DNA of 64,000 bases from Alkalispirochaeta sp. (GCA_965601925.1 OZ271854.1:2144001-2208000), one strand, 5' to 3'. Positions 22,214 to 33,826 are shown, counted from the stretch's first letter. Notes: generated by a model from the sequence alone, not told the origin. Program-made: numbers and translations.

Positions 22214-23041
22214 ATGAACGACGATAGCAAACTCCTGCCGGCGCTACTCAAGTTTTGGCGCGGGAGGCGCGGATTAAGCCAACTCGATTTGGCCCTCGCC
22301 GCGGGCGTGTCGACTCGGCACGTAAGCTTCCTCGAGACGGGACGCTCACGCGCAAGCGCCGAGATGATTCTAACTCTCGCTGCGACCCTCGACGTTCCGC
22401 TGCGTGAACGCAACGTCATGTTGCGTGCCGCCGGTTTTCCCGCAGTGTTCCCGGAGTTGGGGATAGACGCTCTCGTCGATGACCCCGGGCTGAAGCGAGC
22501 AGCTGCGCATATGATGCAGCGGCACAATCCGTATCCGATGTTGTTTATGAATCGTTGGTACGAGGTTCTGAGGATGAACGAGGGTGCCGAGTGTCTGCTA
22601 CGCGCCTGCCTTAAGCGAGACGTCCCGAGACCCTTCAACGGATTCTCAGCCTTCTTCGATCCCGAGTTGCTGCGGCCCTATCTCGTCGATTGGCGCGATG
22701 TCGCACGGGAAATGGTTTCACGCTTGCATCGGGAGTCTCTGCATCGACCCTATGACACGCAACTGTCGGAGCTCCTCGATGAGGTGTTGCACGCCCCCGG
22801 TGTGCCCGAATCGTGGCGTCATCCCGATTTTTCTCGTACGGCCGACGCGGCGTTTGTCTTTCGCTTTCGCCTCGGGCCGACGCATATCGCCTTCCTCACT
22901 ACCTTGACCACCTTTAATGCGCCGCAGAACGTTACTTTAGATGAGCTGCAGATCGAGAGTTACTTTCCTCTCGATGAGGTAACCGAAAGGGTGTGCACAG
23001 AGCTGGTGACCGGGGGCACCGAGGCGATCGACTCGGTGTAG
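22214..23041 (+). CDS. XRE/MmyB-like transcriptional regulator
   Basis: SQLDLAL.AGVSTRHVSFLETGR; C-terminal ELQIESYFP. Confidence 0.9.
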   Translation: MNDDSKLLPALLKFWRGRRGLSQLDLALAAGVSTRHVSFLETGRSRASAEMILTLAATLDVPLRERNVMLRAAGFPAVFPELGIDALVDDPGLKRAAAHMMQRHNPYPMLFMNRWYEVLRMNEGAECLLRACLKRDVPRPFNGFSAFFDPELLRPYLVDWRDVAREMVSRLHRESLHRPYDTQLSELLDEVLHAPGVPESWRHPDFSRTADAAFVFRFRLGPTHIAFLTTLTTFNAPQNVTLDELQIESYFPLDEVTERVCTELVTGGTEAIDSV

Positions 23042-23269
23042 CGGGCGGACGTTCGCGATACGCCGGAGGGTCGAAAACGGGACGGCGGCTTCCGGCCCGG
23101 CCGGGATGTGTATGCCGCACCGGCGATACGCCGATACGCGGCACAATACGGCCGCCCGGGCCTGCTGAGGCGGCACACACGCTCCCCCGCCGCCCGGTGC
23201 AAACTACGGCGGGATCCGCCCAAGAGACGCGGTGTATCCTCCAGCTCCCCATCTCGTCGGGAACGACCG

Positions 23270-24463
23270 TTACGGACCAAACATCAGTTCCAGTGCGTCG
23301 TCCAATAACGCCTCGCGAACGGACAGGATGTCGGGGCTCGTTCCGTTGATGGAGAACGCGAGAGTCGAACCGGTGGCGGGAAAGTGAAAGAGAACCGTAA
23401 GGAAGCCGTATATCGCACCGGTGTGACCAAATGCGCGACCGTACGGCGTGTCGTATATCTCCACACCGAGGCCGTCGGCCGTCCAATACAGTCCGCGCTG
23501 ATCGCCGGGGATCTCTACCGTATCGCCGGTCATCTGTGCGAGCGCGCTTGCGCTGACGATGCCGCCGGCGAATAGCTCCTCGATAAACGTGCCCATATCC
23601 TGCATGTTGATCGCTACGCCGCCGTCGCCGGTATTGAGATCGTTGATATAGAGGTGGCGACTATCGACTAAACGATGATCGCCGAACAGGAGAAAGTATC
23701 CCCGCGGCGTGGCGGGCGGTATGGGGTCGTGGTGCGATCCGTAGTATCCGCTTGCCAAATCGAGGGGATCAAATAGCTCTGTCCGGAACATCTCTCCCAA
23801 AAAGCGCCCGGTGACCTTCTCGATAACCATGCCCAGCAAGAGGTAGTTCGTGTTGCTGTAGGAGAACGCCTCGCCGGGGCGGTTGGTAGCCGGCCTTCCG
23901 TAGGCGTACACCAGTTTCTGTTCCTGAGAGAGGGCCCGCGATGGGTCTTGAATCGTATCGAGATCGTAGGAGATCGGATCCAGGTAGTCATAGAGCCCGC
24001 TCGTGTGGTTCAACATCTGCCGCAGCGTCACGTCGTGACCGTTCTGCAGATTGTCGGTAATCGAGTCGTCGAGGTACCGGTCCAGTTTATCGTCGATACT
24101 CAGGAGGCCCCGTTCATCCAACCGTAACACCATCGTCGCGGTAAAGACCTTACTGACGCTGGCGATGAGCATGTGATTGCAACGACGCATCGGCTCGCGA
24201 TAGGCGAGATCCGCCATTCCCGCGGCTCCGATCCATGTATCTCCGTCCGGCGTCCGTACGTAGGCCACGATGCCCGGCAAGCCGTCCCGCGCGCCCTCCG
24301 CGAGGAGTGCCTGAAATCGATCACGCTTGGGGTGGGTAGCGGTGCCGTGAGCGGCCGAGTCGTTACAGCTATAGTTCGGCTGTTCGTACGGCGGATTCAT
24401 CATGCACGACGAGCAGGTGAGCGCAACACCGGCCATAACCATCAACCCCGGCTTACCGTTCAT
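23270..24463 (-). CDS. Serine hydrolase (beta-lactamase/D-Ala-D-Ala peptidase-like) lipoprotein
   Basis: SVSK (SxxK), LNHTSG, YSN, GHTG. Confidence 0.9.
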   Translation of the reverse strand: MNGKPGLMVMAGVALTCSSCMMNPPYEQPNYSCNDSAAHGTATHPKRDRFQALLAEGARDGLPGIVAYVRTPDGDTWIGAAGMADLAYREPMRRCNHMLIASVSKVFTATMVLRLDERGLLSIDDKLDRYLDDSITDNLQNGHDVTLRQMLNHTSGLYDYLDPISYDLDTIQDPSRALSQEQKLVYAYGRPATNRPGEAFSYSNTNYLLLGMVIEKVTGRFLGEMFRTELFDPLDLASGYYGSHHDPIPPATPRGYFLLFGDHRLVDSRHLYINDLNTGDGGVAINMQDMGTFIEELFAGGIVSASALAQMTGDTVEIPGDQRGLYWTADGLGVEIYDTPYGRAFGHTGAIYGFLTVLFHFPATGSTLAFSINGTSPDILSVREALLDDALELMFGP

Positions 24464-25115
24464 GGCGTCCTCCTTGGGTCTCCGCCCCGTCAAGGTGCAC
24501 TTTCGTCCCGACGAGTAAAAACGTGTGCGGCAGCGCGTGGATTCCCCAGCCGCGTATACCCGGTATCTGCACGAGGGGGCGATACTGCACGTACGGAGTG
24601 AGTGGAATGCCCACGCGGGGCGCCAGGTTGTAGTTGATCTCGAGCGGGACCGAGATCACCACATGCGGCATGCCGTAGTCGCGGACCTGCTCGAACTCCC
24701 CGTCGCTGTGTTCGTACACCGGCCCAGGGTAAAACGTATGCAGGTAACCCACGCCGGCCGATACGCTTGCGCCCAGTCCGGCGAGCGTCTCGTAGCTGTA
24801 TCCGAGGTCGAAACCGAGAAACATCCCGTTCTGAAATCCTTCGTGGAGATAGAACCCGATGTTGACCTCAACGAAAAGGTACGATCGATCGAAGGTTCTC
24901 CACGGATGCTCGTAGGCGGCCATCATGCCCGGATGCACCGGCCGATCGACGACACGAAACGATGGAAGGGTTAACGCCTCCGACAGAAATGCTACGTCTA
25001 CCGCGTTACCGGTAAAGCCAGGGTCGTCGTGGGCGGCTACCGGCGTGAGCGAGGTCACGGCGCTGATGACGATCAGAAATGCGGTCCGGAGGGCGCGCGT
25101 GTTTCGTTTGCTCAT
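24453..25115 (-). CDS. Hypothetical secreted or outer-membrane protein
   Basis: Signal peptide, aromatic beta-strand pattern, overlaps the hydrolase start. Confidence 0.65.
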   Translation of the reverse strand: MSKRNTRALRTAFLIVISAVTSLTPVAAHDDPGFTGNAVDVAFLSEALTLPSFRVVDRPVHPGMMAAYEHPWRTFDRSYLFVEVNIGFYLHEGFQNGMFLGFDLGYSYETLAGLGASVSAGVGYLHTFYPGPVYEHSDGEFEQVRDYGMPHVVISVPLEINYNLAPRVGIPLTPYVQYRPLVQIPGIRGWGIHALPHTFLLVGTKVHLDGAETQGGRHER

Positions 25116-25325
25116 TGCACATACTCCTTGGTGAGATCTGCCGTGAACCATAGCGCCCGATGTGCGGTTGGCCATCGTACCGCGCGGAGTATTGTGGTTG
25201 AAATGAATAGCCCGGTACTCATCGCAGTCTCACCCCGGGCTCACCCTGCGATCACCCGGCGGCGGTACGATCGGCGCGTGACGCACCGATACCCGGGAAT
25301 CATATAGTGTGTCGTTCCGGTTAAA

Positions 25326-26258
25326 TCAGTCGTTGCGTTCGGTGTCGGATTCGCCGGTGATCAGCTCCACGAGTTGGTCTCGCGAGGTCACGCCGAGTTT
25401 TCGGTATAGGTTGCCGATGTGTGTTTTGACCGTGTTCTCGGAGATAAACAGGGCGGCGCCGATCTCGACGCGGTTCTTACCTCGGACGATCAGTTCAAGG
25501 ACCTCCGCCTCGCGAGCGGAGACGTCATACCTGGCAACGATACCGCTCACATCCGACGCGCGGTCCCCGTCGGCCCGCGACCGGCGAAGGATACCGGCGA
25601 AGTAGTGAATAAAGAACAGATTGATTGCCAGAAAGGCATAGGGATAGAAGATGACGTCGTCCACAAGAGAAACGACCAAATCTTCCAGAAAGATCACAAC
25701 CGTCCCCGCGAGGATACCGGCGAGAAGGCGTACCTGATGCTTCGATCGGAGGCGAAAGGACCGGCGCAGCATAATCACCGCCGCTGCGGTAAATCCGCCG
25801 ACGAGATACACCAAGACCGGAAGACCGATTACAAAGGAGCCCGTCTGGTAGGCGGCGTCCACCACCAGGAGTGCGGCGGCTACGAAGTACCCGATCAGCC
25901 ACACGACGTTGATCCGTCTGGTCGTTTGTGCGGCAAACGGGCGTTCGGTCATGACGGCCGCGAGCAGTACAACTCTGCGCGAGCAGAGGATCAACAGGGT
26001 GACGCTGATGTAGCTATTGATCAGAATAAACCACAATGGTACGGGGCCGAGCGCACCGGCCTCGAGGTAATAGAACACCATCTCAAGCAGTACGAACAGT
26101 GCGATGGGAAGTGTGAAGTAGCGGTACTGCTTGGCGACCTCGTGCGCCCGCGTGTTTCTCGCCGTAAGCGCGATACCGAAACCCACAAACCACGCCGAGA
26201 TGCTGAAGAACAAGACCACGAAATCGAGATGATCCACGCAGATTCGGAGTATACACAA
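25326..26258 (-). CDS. Membrane-bound LuxR-type regulator
   Basis: Multiple TM helices plus SAREAEVL...FISENTVKTH..NLYRKL. Confidence 0.88.
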   Translation of the reverse strand: MCILRICVDHLDFVVLFFSISAWFVGFGIALTARNTRAHEVAKQYRYFTLPIALFVLLEMVFYYLEAGALGPVPLWFILINSYISVTLLILCSRRVVLLAAVMTERPFAAQTTRRINVVWLIGYFVAAALLVVDAAYQTGSFVIGLPVLVYLVGGFTAAAVIMLRRSFRLRSKHQVRLLAGILAGTVVIFLEDLVVSLVDDVIFYPYAFLAINLFFIHYFAGILRRSRADGDRASDVSGIVARYDVSAREAEVLELIVRGKNRVEIGAALFISENTVKTHIGNLYRKLGVTSRDQLVELITGESDTERND

Positions 26259-26782
26259 TTACGGCGGGGGTTGAGCGAGTTTTTGCCCATCTCGCGGAGT
26301 CCGTTTCGGTCGCGAATGCACAATACCTCCAACGGGCCGGAGCTTGCGGTCCTCCTCATCGCGAGAAAAACGAGTTTTTCCGAGTAAGCTCGAAGTCGGG
26401 CTGCAACAACGCGCCCGGACCGTAGAACATCGCGGCCTGCTACGGGAGTGCTCGCTCCGGAAGAAACGGCTGATACACGAACTGAATGTGCGGGAACACC
26501 GTCCCAAACGGTCTCCTGTGAACTCAAGCTTTCTCTACGGCGACCTAACATCATCAAAGAAGCTTCGGAATCTCTCGTGCGTTCGTTTCAGGAACCCGAC
26601 GTTGCTTCTCACTACTGCGGAGACCTTCATTCGCGCTTTCGCGTAGCTTTGGTCAAGCGCGAGCAGAATGGCCACGAGACTACCTCGTTTGCCGATTGTC
26701 CGCATGACTTTGTTGTGCCGCGCGGGTTCTCCAATAGTACGTGCAACTCTCGTGACGATGGGTAAGAGGACGTGGTATCTTC

Positions 26783-27751
26783 ATGTTCCTCATGGCAGTC
26801 GATAGTGACCATAGTCTCCTTCGGATTCCCGCCGACCCAACTCGGGCTCCGATCCTCTACGGGTTTTCGCCGCCAAAAGCCGCCAACGGCCCGGAGAGGG
26901 TCATGGACATCGCGGCCCGTCGATGCGATAGGATGAGGGAACTAGATGTCGACGGGATTGTTCTGTACGATGTACAGGACGAGTCGGATCGGACCGACGA
27001 TGATCGCCCGTTTCCGTTCCTTCCGACCCTCAATCCGTTCGACTTTGCGGAGAAACTCGTTTCTGCGACGGGTGGAACGTTAGCCCCTCGCGTAATCTAC
27101 ATCGCTACGGCCAACTACTCCCAAAGCGAACTAACGAGACGCGTAAGGACCGTGGATGCGACGTGTGAAGCGGTCGTGTTAGTTGGAGCGAGCAGTAGCC
27201 GATCAAGGCCACGCGTGAAGCTCAGTGAGGCCTACCGACTGTTGCGTCAAGAGAGACCCGATGTTGTGGTTGGAGGAGTCACAATCCCGGAACGGCATAC
27301 AAGGAGGGGAGACGAGCACTCGCGATTGATCGAAAAGATGAAGTCGGGGTGCCAGTTCTTCATATCCCAATGCGTGTTTGATTCGACTGCGGCGATAAAT
27401 ACGCTGTCGGATTGCTTCTACGAGACCGAGCGCCGAGACATGGTAATGCCGCGGGTAATACTCACATTCAGTCCATGCGGCTCAATGCAGACGCTCCGCT
27501 TCATGGAGTGGCTCGGTATCGCTATCCCGCGGTGGCTTCAGAACGATTTAGAACACGCGCGTGATGCTATCGAGGTGTCGCTGCGCGCGGCGGTCTCCGC
27601 TGCGGAGACAATCGCCCGGTTCTGCAGCGACCACAGTATCGCGTTCGGGTTCAACGTCGAAAGTGTCTCGATCCGCAAGAAAGAGGTCGATGCTGCCGGC
27701 GAGTTGACAAAGAGACTGATCGAGGTGCTCGTCCGGCGGGGACTGCGATAG
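26783..27751 (+). CDS. Methylenetetrahydrofolate reductase-like protein
   Basis: YDVQDESDR, RPFPFLPT, IPERH, GCQFFISQ, NVESVSIRK. Confidence 0.8.
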   Translation: MFLMAVDSDHSLLRIPADPTRAPILYGFSPPKAANGPERVMDIAARRCDRMRELDVDGIVLYDVQDESDRTDDDRPFPFLPTLNPFDFAEKLVSATGGTLAPRVIYIATANYSQSELTRRVRTVDATCEAVVLVGASSSRSRPRVKLSEAYRLLRQERPDVVVGGVTIPERHTRRGDEHSRLIEKMKSGCQFFISQCVFDSTAAINTLSDCFYETERRDMVMPRVILTFSPCGSMQTLRFMEWLGIAIPRWLQNDLEHARDAIEVSLRAAVSAAETIARFCSDHSIAFGFNVESVSIRKKEVDAAGELTKRLIEVLVRRGLR

Positions 27752-28152
27752 GAGCCGACGCTCGCCTCGATTCCACGCGGCGTTCCCTCGTTCGGATCGG
27801 TGGAGTATCTTGACTGTAGCCGCCGACCGCTCCGTCGGCACCCCGCGAACCGCGACCGTCGCTCCGGTTTGAGTCGAATCCCTCGCCGGACATCCGTCGT
27901 CTGGTTGCGCCGCCGAGTGATTATTGCGAACGGGTCGATATGCTGACGCCTGCCGAAGGCTTTCAGCTCCCAACTTTGCCCAACCTCCCTGTTTCACAAT
28001 CACCTCAAGACGAACCTGCTCTTGATTCTCGAGTAATGTCACCGTCAGCGCGTTCCAGCATAGCTGAAATCACGGTGACGCTGGTTTCGCCTAACCGTAC
28101 ATGGTCGAAAACCGTTGGCAATGAAGCAACAACCACATTTTACTGAGCGAGC

Positions 28153-28488
28153 GTGGGTAAGTTGGCAACGGCAACAATCGTATTTCAGTTAATTGAGCAA
28201 AGGAGGCTGTCACTGGATGATACCTTGGACAACTGGTATCCGGACCTCCCACCGGCTTCCTCTATTACCATTGCAAATCTTTTTAATCACACATCGGGCC
28301 TACTTAGTCATAATGAGTTGCCGGAGCTCAGGCGGTTGCAGGTTGATCTGGAGCCCAATCAAATCATTGAACGCATGTCGACAAAACAGTTCCTATTTTG
28401 CTCCGGGCAGCACCGGTACTATTTAAGTACAGGCCTTGTTTTTCTCGGTGCCATCATTGAGGATATCACGGGGGCTCTCCTACGCTGA
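28153..28488 (+). pseudogene. Serine hydrolase fragment
   Basis: LSLDDTL..W, ITIANLFNHTSGL; lacks both termini. Confidence 0.65.
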
Positions 28489-28663
28489 CGCCGTGGCACC
28501 TCTCATCTCCGAACCATTGAGCCTGAACCACATTCAGAGCACTGCCATGAAACACAACACCAGAAACAATGGCCGGCATACGCCCATCGGACGGAGATTC
28601 GTACATCGCCCACCTTTCCACACCATACGCCGCCGGGGTGACTGCGTCGTGCCGTATCTGAAC

Positions 28664-29173
28664 TCAGCCGGCGGTTTTCATGTTTTCGATGGCGGCCCAA
28701 CCTTCGGGCGTGACACCCATGATCTCGGTCGCAACTCCGATCGTTTTGTAAGTGTCGAAGAAGGCCATTCGCGCGATCGGGTGGTCTACCTCGCTGATAA
28801 TATCAAAACCTTGTCGGCGCAAGCCCATCGTGATCCGTTCGAACTCGTCGATCGACGAGCGATACGCCACATGCTGGACACCTCCGTGGGGATGTCGGGC
28901 AAGATAGTCTTGGAACATACTCGGTCCCGAAACCGGCTGAACGAGTTCGACAAACATGCCGTCACTATATGCTTGAGTGGTCAACCATTCCGCTTCCGCG
29001 ACCTCGCCGTAGTAAGTCATACTCAAATCCTGTGCGCGAACTGGTGACGGTTGCGGAAATCCGGTCACGGTGAGCGTATTTGCAAGGAACTTTGCTGACG
29101 CGTGAATGTCGGCGACTACCCAGGCGATTTGAGCCATCTCTAGTCTCTCGACGCCATTTTTAGTATTGTCCAT
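28664..29173 (-). CDS. VOC family protein (methylmalonyl-CoA epimerase-like)
   Basis: QIAWVVAD, ELVQP, GGVQHVA, FFDT. Confidence 0.85.
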   Translation of the reverse strand: MDNTKNGVERLEMAQIAWVVADIHASAKFLANTLTVTGFPQPSPVRAQDLSMTYYGEVAEAEWLTTQAYSDGMFVELVQPVSGPSMFQDYLARHPHGGVQHVAYRSSIDEFERITMGLRRQGFDIISEVDHPIARMAFFDTYKTIGVATEIMGVTPEGWAAIENMKTAG

Positions 29174-29265
29174 ATGAGTGTTCTCCTTCGGTACTTCGTG
29201 CCCTGACGACAATTGCTACGGAATCGACCCGTTTGAGTACGCCCACGATGCGGGTAATAGCGGCG

Positions 29266-29754
29266 TTATACAAAACCAGATTCCTCTTCGAGTTTTTTTA
29301 GCTCCGCGAACAGACTATTCCGGGATCCGAAGATCGATCTGCCCCGGCGGACTGTTTCTTGAATACGGGGAACAATCGTGTCGCGTTGCTCGCGTACCGT
29401 TTGGAGCCATTCGTGTGGAAGGTCTTCTTGGCTCACTCGTTTCGATCCCCATTCGGCCATCTCGAGAAGGATAGGAACGAGGTCCAACCCGTCTTGTGTC
29501 GGCTCGTATATCTCCTTGCGCCGGTCCTCCGGATGGGGCCGTCTCGTCAACAAACCTTTTGCCTGTAGCCGAACCAATCGATCGGCCAGGATGTTGCGAG
29601 CAATACCTTCATCAGAAGACAGGAACTCATTGTAGGTCCGCTTACCGAAGTAGATTACGTCTCGGAGAATCAGCAAAGACCAGGTGTCCCCAATCATCTC
29701 CAGACAAAAGCTGATGGGACAACCCGACCTTGGTTCAATACGTTTCCTACTCAT
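29266..29754 (-). CDS. HxlR family winged-helix regulator
   Basis: RSGCPI..LEMIGDTWSLLILRD, GIARNILADRL. Confidence 0.9.
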   Translation of the reverse strand: MSRKRIEPRSGCPISFCLEMIGDTWSLLILRDVIYFGKRTYNEFLSSDEGIARNILADRLVRLQAKGLLTRRPHPEDRRKEIYEPTQDGLDLVPILLEMAEWGSKRVSQEDLPHEWLQTVREQRDTIVPRIQETVRRGRSIFGSRNSLFAELKKLEEESGFV

Positions 29755-30148
29755 GGCGTTTACCTCGCGTATGGTACATCAAATAGGTAGTATTGTGCAA
29801 CCTAAAATATATCTGAGGAGTGGATCAAAGGTAGTTTCGCGGGGTTAAAGACGGGCGAGCCCACGAGAGATAGTGGTGGGATCGTGCTTGCGAGCGCGTT
29901 AGCTTTCCCCGCCCGGAGTGTCCCGACACAAGGCCGACATCGCGACAAACTTGGTCACATAGCGTCCACATGACCTACATGGTCCACACCGGTTAGATCG
30001 TTGCCGACGCAGTCGGCAGCAACGGGAGTGACGATAGCCACGTCCGCTCAAGCGAAATGCTATGTGGTTCTCACGATTGTCTCCGACGATCCGGACATTC
30101 AGCGGCTCTTGCACGAACCGATAGATCCGGCTACAACGCTAACATCGC

Positions 30149-31069
30149 ATGGCTACTAACGCTGGTCCCGGGCTTCTCCCGTCGCTCATGGAGCAGGATG
30201 ACTACCATCCGCTTTTCGCAAACAACGATGTATGGCTTCCTGCGATCCGTGCAATCTGCCGACGACACGGTATTGCCACCGATGAGCTGAAACGGACCGT
30301 ATTGGGAACCCACATCGTTTTCCAGGCCGGAGATTACATCGTCAAGCTGTTTTGCCGATTCTGGCCTCACGATTACACCGTTGAGGCTGCGTGTCTATCC
30401 AAACTGACCGAGTTGCCGATTCCGCAGCTGGTGGCTACCGGAGAACTCGAGGGTTGGCCGTACATTATCATGACGGTTCTTAAGGGCACGCCGACCGGCA
30501 AAATTTGGCGTTCTATCGACGTCGAGCAGAAGACTTCAATCATGCGTGATCTCGGGAGGTTCATTCGCCGGCTTCATGACCGGCCCCACATCGCCGAGCT
30601 ACCTTCTGATTGGGATACGTTCCTCTGTGAACGCGTCAATGGTCTTCGGAAGCATCATCATCTCACGGAGGAACAGGTGGCGTGGGTACGTGACTTCATA
30701 GAACCGATAGCGACAAGTAGGAAGCCGCTGGTCGTTCTCAACTGCGACCTCACACACGACCATGTCCTGGTAGAGCACACCGGGAGAACGTGGAGCTTCT
30801 CCGGGATCATTGACTTCGGTGACGCGATGATAGGCCACCCGTACTACGACTTCACAGCGCCACTGGTGGATCACGCGTTCGGTGAACCTACCGTGGCGGA
30901 AGCGCTTTTGCAGGGGTATGGAGAGCGCTTTTCGGACAAGCTCATACAAGAGCTCTCTCGATTCCTGTTCACGCATCGATTCTGGGCATTGGCCGACATG
31001 TCCGGTAACGCGGCGGCCAATACACCGGAGGAGTTTCTCAACAAGCTGTGGGGGCGCAACTACGCATAA
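30149..31069 (+). CDS. APH/choline kinase-like phosphotransferase
   Basis: WPYIIMT, LNCDLT..HVL, GIIDFGDA. Confidence 0.8.
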   Translation: MATNAGPGLLPSLMEQDDYHPLFANNDVWLPAIRAICRRHGIATDELKRTVLGTHIVFQAGDYIVKLFCRFWPHDYTVEAACLSKLTELPIPQLVATGELEGWPYIIMTVLKGTPTGKIWRSIDVEQKTSIMRDLGRFIRRLHDRPHIAELPSDWDTFLCERVNGLRKHHHLTEEQVAWVRDFIEPIATSRKPLVVLNCDLTHDHVLVEHTGRTWSFSGIIDFGDAMIGHPYYDFTAPLVDHAFGEPTVAEALLQGYGERFSDKLIQELSRFLFTHRFWALADMSGNAAANTPEEFLNKLWGRNYA

Positions 31070-31232
31070 TCCGGTGTCGTCGCGAGAGCCATCGCTCGTA
31101 CTGACCATCTACGACACCTATCGCCGGATTACATGAGGGGGCGACCTTCACGAGAGCCGAACAATGCGTGCATGACTTGTTATGGTGCCACTGAATCCAT
31201 ACCAGCGTTTATCTCGCCCGCGGCCACGCGAC

Positions 31233-32462
31233 CTACGAACTGCGGTTGTTCGTACCCGCGGAAGTCACCAGTTGGATCACTCCACGCTTGCCGGCGGTAC
31301 GCCAACCCGGTTCGGTGCTATCCAGACGCGTACACATCGTTGGTGGCACCCCAACTAAGCAGTCGCTTTTCATGGTACGCAAAAACAGCAGCGGGTAGTC
31401 GAAGTGTGTGCCGAGTGCCGCGGCGGGGTCGGTTTCCGGCGGCCAGAGCGTGTCGCGGAAGCCGCGGCGGTAGTTGAAGTCGCCTTTGACGATCACCATC
31501 GCCGCACCGTCGAACGATCGCGCGACACGATGCGGCAGCTCGTGCAGGAATCCGGTGGTGCACCAATAGTCGTCCGGCGCGAGCGACAGTCGGCCTTGGT
31601 CGAATGCGCGGCGCACCGCGGTGGCAAACCGTGCCACAACCTCGTCGTCGAATGCCGCCGCTGCGGCGAGAAAGAGGTTTACGTCTTCGACGGTGGTGTC
31701 GCTTACGTAGGTAGGATAGAGCTTGGGGTGCAGCACCACCGATTTGGGGGTGAGACCGCAGATCGTAAGCGCCAAAACCAGATCGGCGCCCAACTCGGCG
31801 CCGGAGTTGTCACTTACGATGTGAACCGCTCCGCGCCGCGACACCAACGCCCGCGCCGCCGCAGCGCGATCGTCGATCAAGAGCAGCCGCGACTGCCCCG
31901 CGGAGTGGTCTATCGCACCTCCGGCGGCAAACGAGATGTCGGCTTTATTGCCCCACGTGCTCAGCGCCAGCGCATCCGCCACCAACCCGACGCCGTGCTC
32001 GTGCGACGCGGCCGGCAACGTTTCGAGCTGTGCGGCTCCGTGTTCGCCAAAAAATCGCTTGATCGGCAAAAACGGCGCACCCGAATCCAACTCGGCACGT
32101 TTAGCCGGACCAAACGGATCGACGCGCGTCTCGAAGTAGCGGCACGCTGCCAGCAGCAGGCGAAAGCCGTACGTCTCGGCAAAGAACCACTCGCTGTCGT
32201 GCCAGCGATTTCCCGCGTACGGAGCGTAGCAGCGTTGCCACGTGTCGTGGTCCCACGCCGGCAACTGCAGCGCGGGAATCGGCGCGTTAGTACCGATCGC
32301 ATCGGCCAAGTGTAAGACCGCGTCACGAATCGCCGCCGGATACTCAGGGTGTGCCGACACCACATTCACCAGGTTTTTGGGTAAGCGGTGCGTCATCGTG
32401 TCGTACGCAAAGCGGTTGCTACCATCGGTGCGCAGCGGCACCGGTTGCGGATAGGTCTTCAC
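31233..32462 (-). CDS. Damage-control phosphatase ARMT1/DUF89 family
   Basis: DPF...K, WGNKAD, DNSGAEL..D, VSD, KGDFNYR, RTMKS. Confidence 0.9.
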   Translation of the reverse strand: MKTYPQPVPLRTDGSNRFAYDTMTHRLPKNLVNVVSAHPEYPAAIRDAVLHLADAIGTNAPIPALQLPAWDHDTWQRCYAPYAGNRWHDSEWFFAETYGFRLLLAACRYFETRVDPFGPAKRAELDSGAPFLPIKRFFGEHGAAQLETLPAASHEHGVGLVADALALSTWGNKADISFAAGGAIDHSAGQSRLLLIDDRAAAARALVSRRGAVHIVSDNSGAELGADLVLALTICGLTPKSVVLHPKLYPTYVSDTTVEDVNLFLAAAAAFDDEVVARFATAVRRAFDQGRLSLAPDDYWCTTGFLHELPHRVARSFDGAAMVIVKGDFNYRRGFRDTLWPPETDPAAALGTHFDYPLLFLRTMKSDCLVGVPPTMCTRLDSTEPGWRTAGKRGVIQLVTSAGTNNRSS

Positions 32463-32778
32463 GCAGTGAACGTTACACGACAAACGCCAGATGCTCCATG
32501 CCCACATAGCGGCCGCTATGGGGTGAAATACACGCGCCAACCATCCTCTTGCACAAGCGCTTGGTCGCCGTGTCGTACCGTAAGGGAAAAGGGAGGTCGT
32601 CCAATCTACTCCGCTAATGTGATAGTGCCGACATGTTCAACGCTGTACGTATACGACCCGCTGGCAAAAACGAACCGCTCCCAAAAACCACCCGGCTCCC
32701 CGTTTCACTGTTTTCAGTACTATCTTCTTTTTGCATTTCTGTGGGACAACAGTGTTCCGGTTACGTCATCAATGCGTT

Positions 32779-33174
32779 TCATACCCAGTTTTCTACCGTC
32801 AATCCCGGTACGCGGCGAAACTCTTTGTCATTGTTCGTCACTATCGTCATGTCGCGGGCAAGACCCTGAGACGCAATTTCCAAATCGTAGGCACCGATCG
32901 GTTGTCCCCGTTTTTCCAATAGTGCTCGGACAACTCCGAATTGCTCCGCATCGCGATCGTCGAACGGAATGATTTCAAAGGCCGAGAGGAAATTTCGGAG
33001 CGCCGTCCGGTTTTGCTCGATATGCCGACTCTTTGCTACACCATATTCGAGTTCTGCTACACTGATTGCCGAAATCGCCACCTGATATGGTTTTTCTTTT
33101 TCTATCCGCTTTCGTACCGACTCGCTTCTCTTCGTAATGAGATAAATGCAAATATTGGTATCAATCAAATACAT
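32779..33174 (-). CDS. vapC: VapC PIN-domain toxin
   Basis: MYLIDTNICIY, AELEYG, IGAYDLEIA, VTNN..EF. Confidence 0.93.
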   Translation of the reverse strand: MYLIDTNICIYLITKRSESVRKRIEKEKPYQVAISAISVAELEYGVAKSRHIEQNRTALRNFLSAFEIIPFDDRDAEQFGVVRALLEKRGQPIGAYDLEIASQGLARDMTIVTNNDKEFRRVPGLTVENWV

Positions 33175-33406
33175 GATCCATGTTCCGTCCGGTATCCATC
33201 GGCTGCCGTCGCCCATCTTCCATAAAGTCGTCACTAAATTGATCCAGGCTGTTACGGAAACTTTCCCACGGATCCGACACGGGAAGAAGCACGATTGCAT
33301 TTCCTACTCTTTGAATCTGAACCTCTCGCTCCGAGAACTGAAACTCCTTCGGTAAACGAACCGCCTGGCTGTTTCCACTCGTAAATACTTTTGCGGTATG
33401 TGTCAT
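33161..33406 (-). CDS. vapB: VapB AbrB-type antitoxin
   Basis: AKVFTSGNSQAVRLPKEFQF; overlaps vapC. Confidence 0.93.
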   Translation of the reverse strand: MTHTAKVFTSGNSQAVRLPKEFQFSEREVQIQRVGNAIVLLPVSDPWESFRNSLDQFSDDFMEDGRRQPMDTGRNMDHVFD

Positions 33407-33554
33407 GAGGACCTCCTTGGAAAGGATATACTTGTGTATATACTATCATGAAACAGATCGCTCATCCAGAGAAGCCGATGCAACAATGCGTTGTATAAAT
33501 TGTCGCGTCTTTTTTCTTTTTGTTGATGATTTCACTCTTCGTATGCGACGCGCC

Positions 33555-33645
33555 GTCTAACACTGAGCTGACCCGCAAGATGCGGCCCGGAGTCGCGTAG
33601 CGGCGGAATGATTGGCGTGGCGGTTGCGTACGCGAGCGCCGTGAT
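33555..33645 (-). repeat. Long-type attC-like site, R'' half lost
   Basis: GTCTAACACTGAGCTGACCCGCAAGATGCGGCCCGGAGTCGCG nearly identical to the array attC; lies immediately upstream of vapBC. Confidence 0.7.
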
Positions 33646-33826
33646 GATATGAGAACGCCGCACCCCACCGTACAAGGTGAGGTACCCTTACCTCGTACAG
33701 CGTTCATATCCCGCGCGGAAGGAGGTGCAACCATACGCAGTATATCGCCTTTGATTCGCACAAGCGATATACGTGTGCATCGGCCGAAGATCACGACACC
33801 GGTGTGATCGTTGACCGGAGGATCGA

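Noticed and set aside
19944..31069. APH-like and beta-lactamase-like genes as antibiotic-resistance determinants
   Set aside because: Only superfamily-level motifs are visible; substrates cannot be assigned from the sequence.
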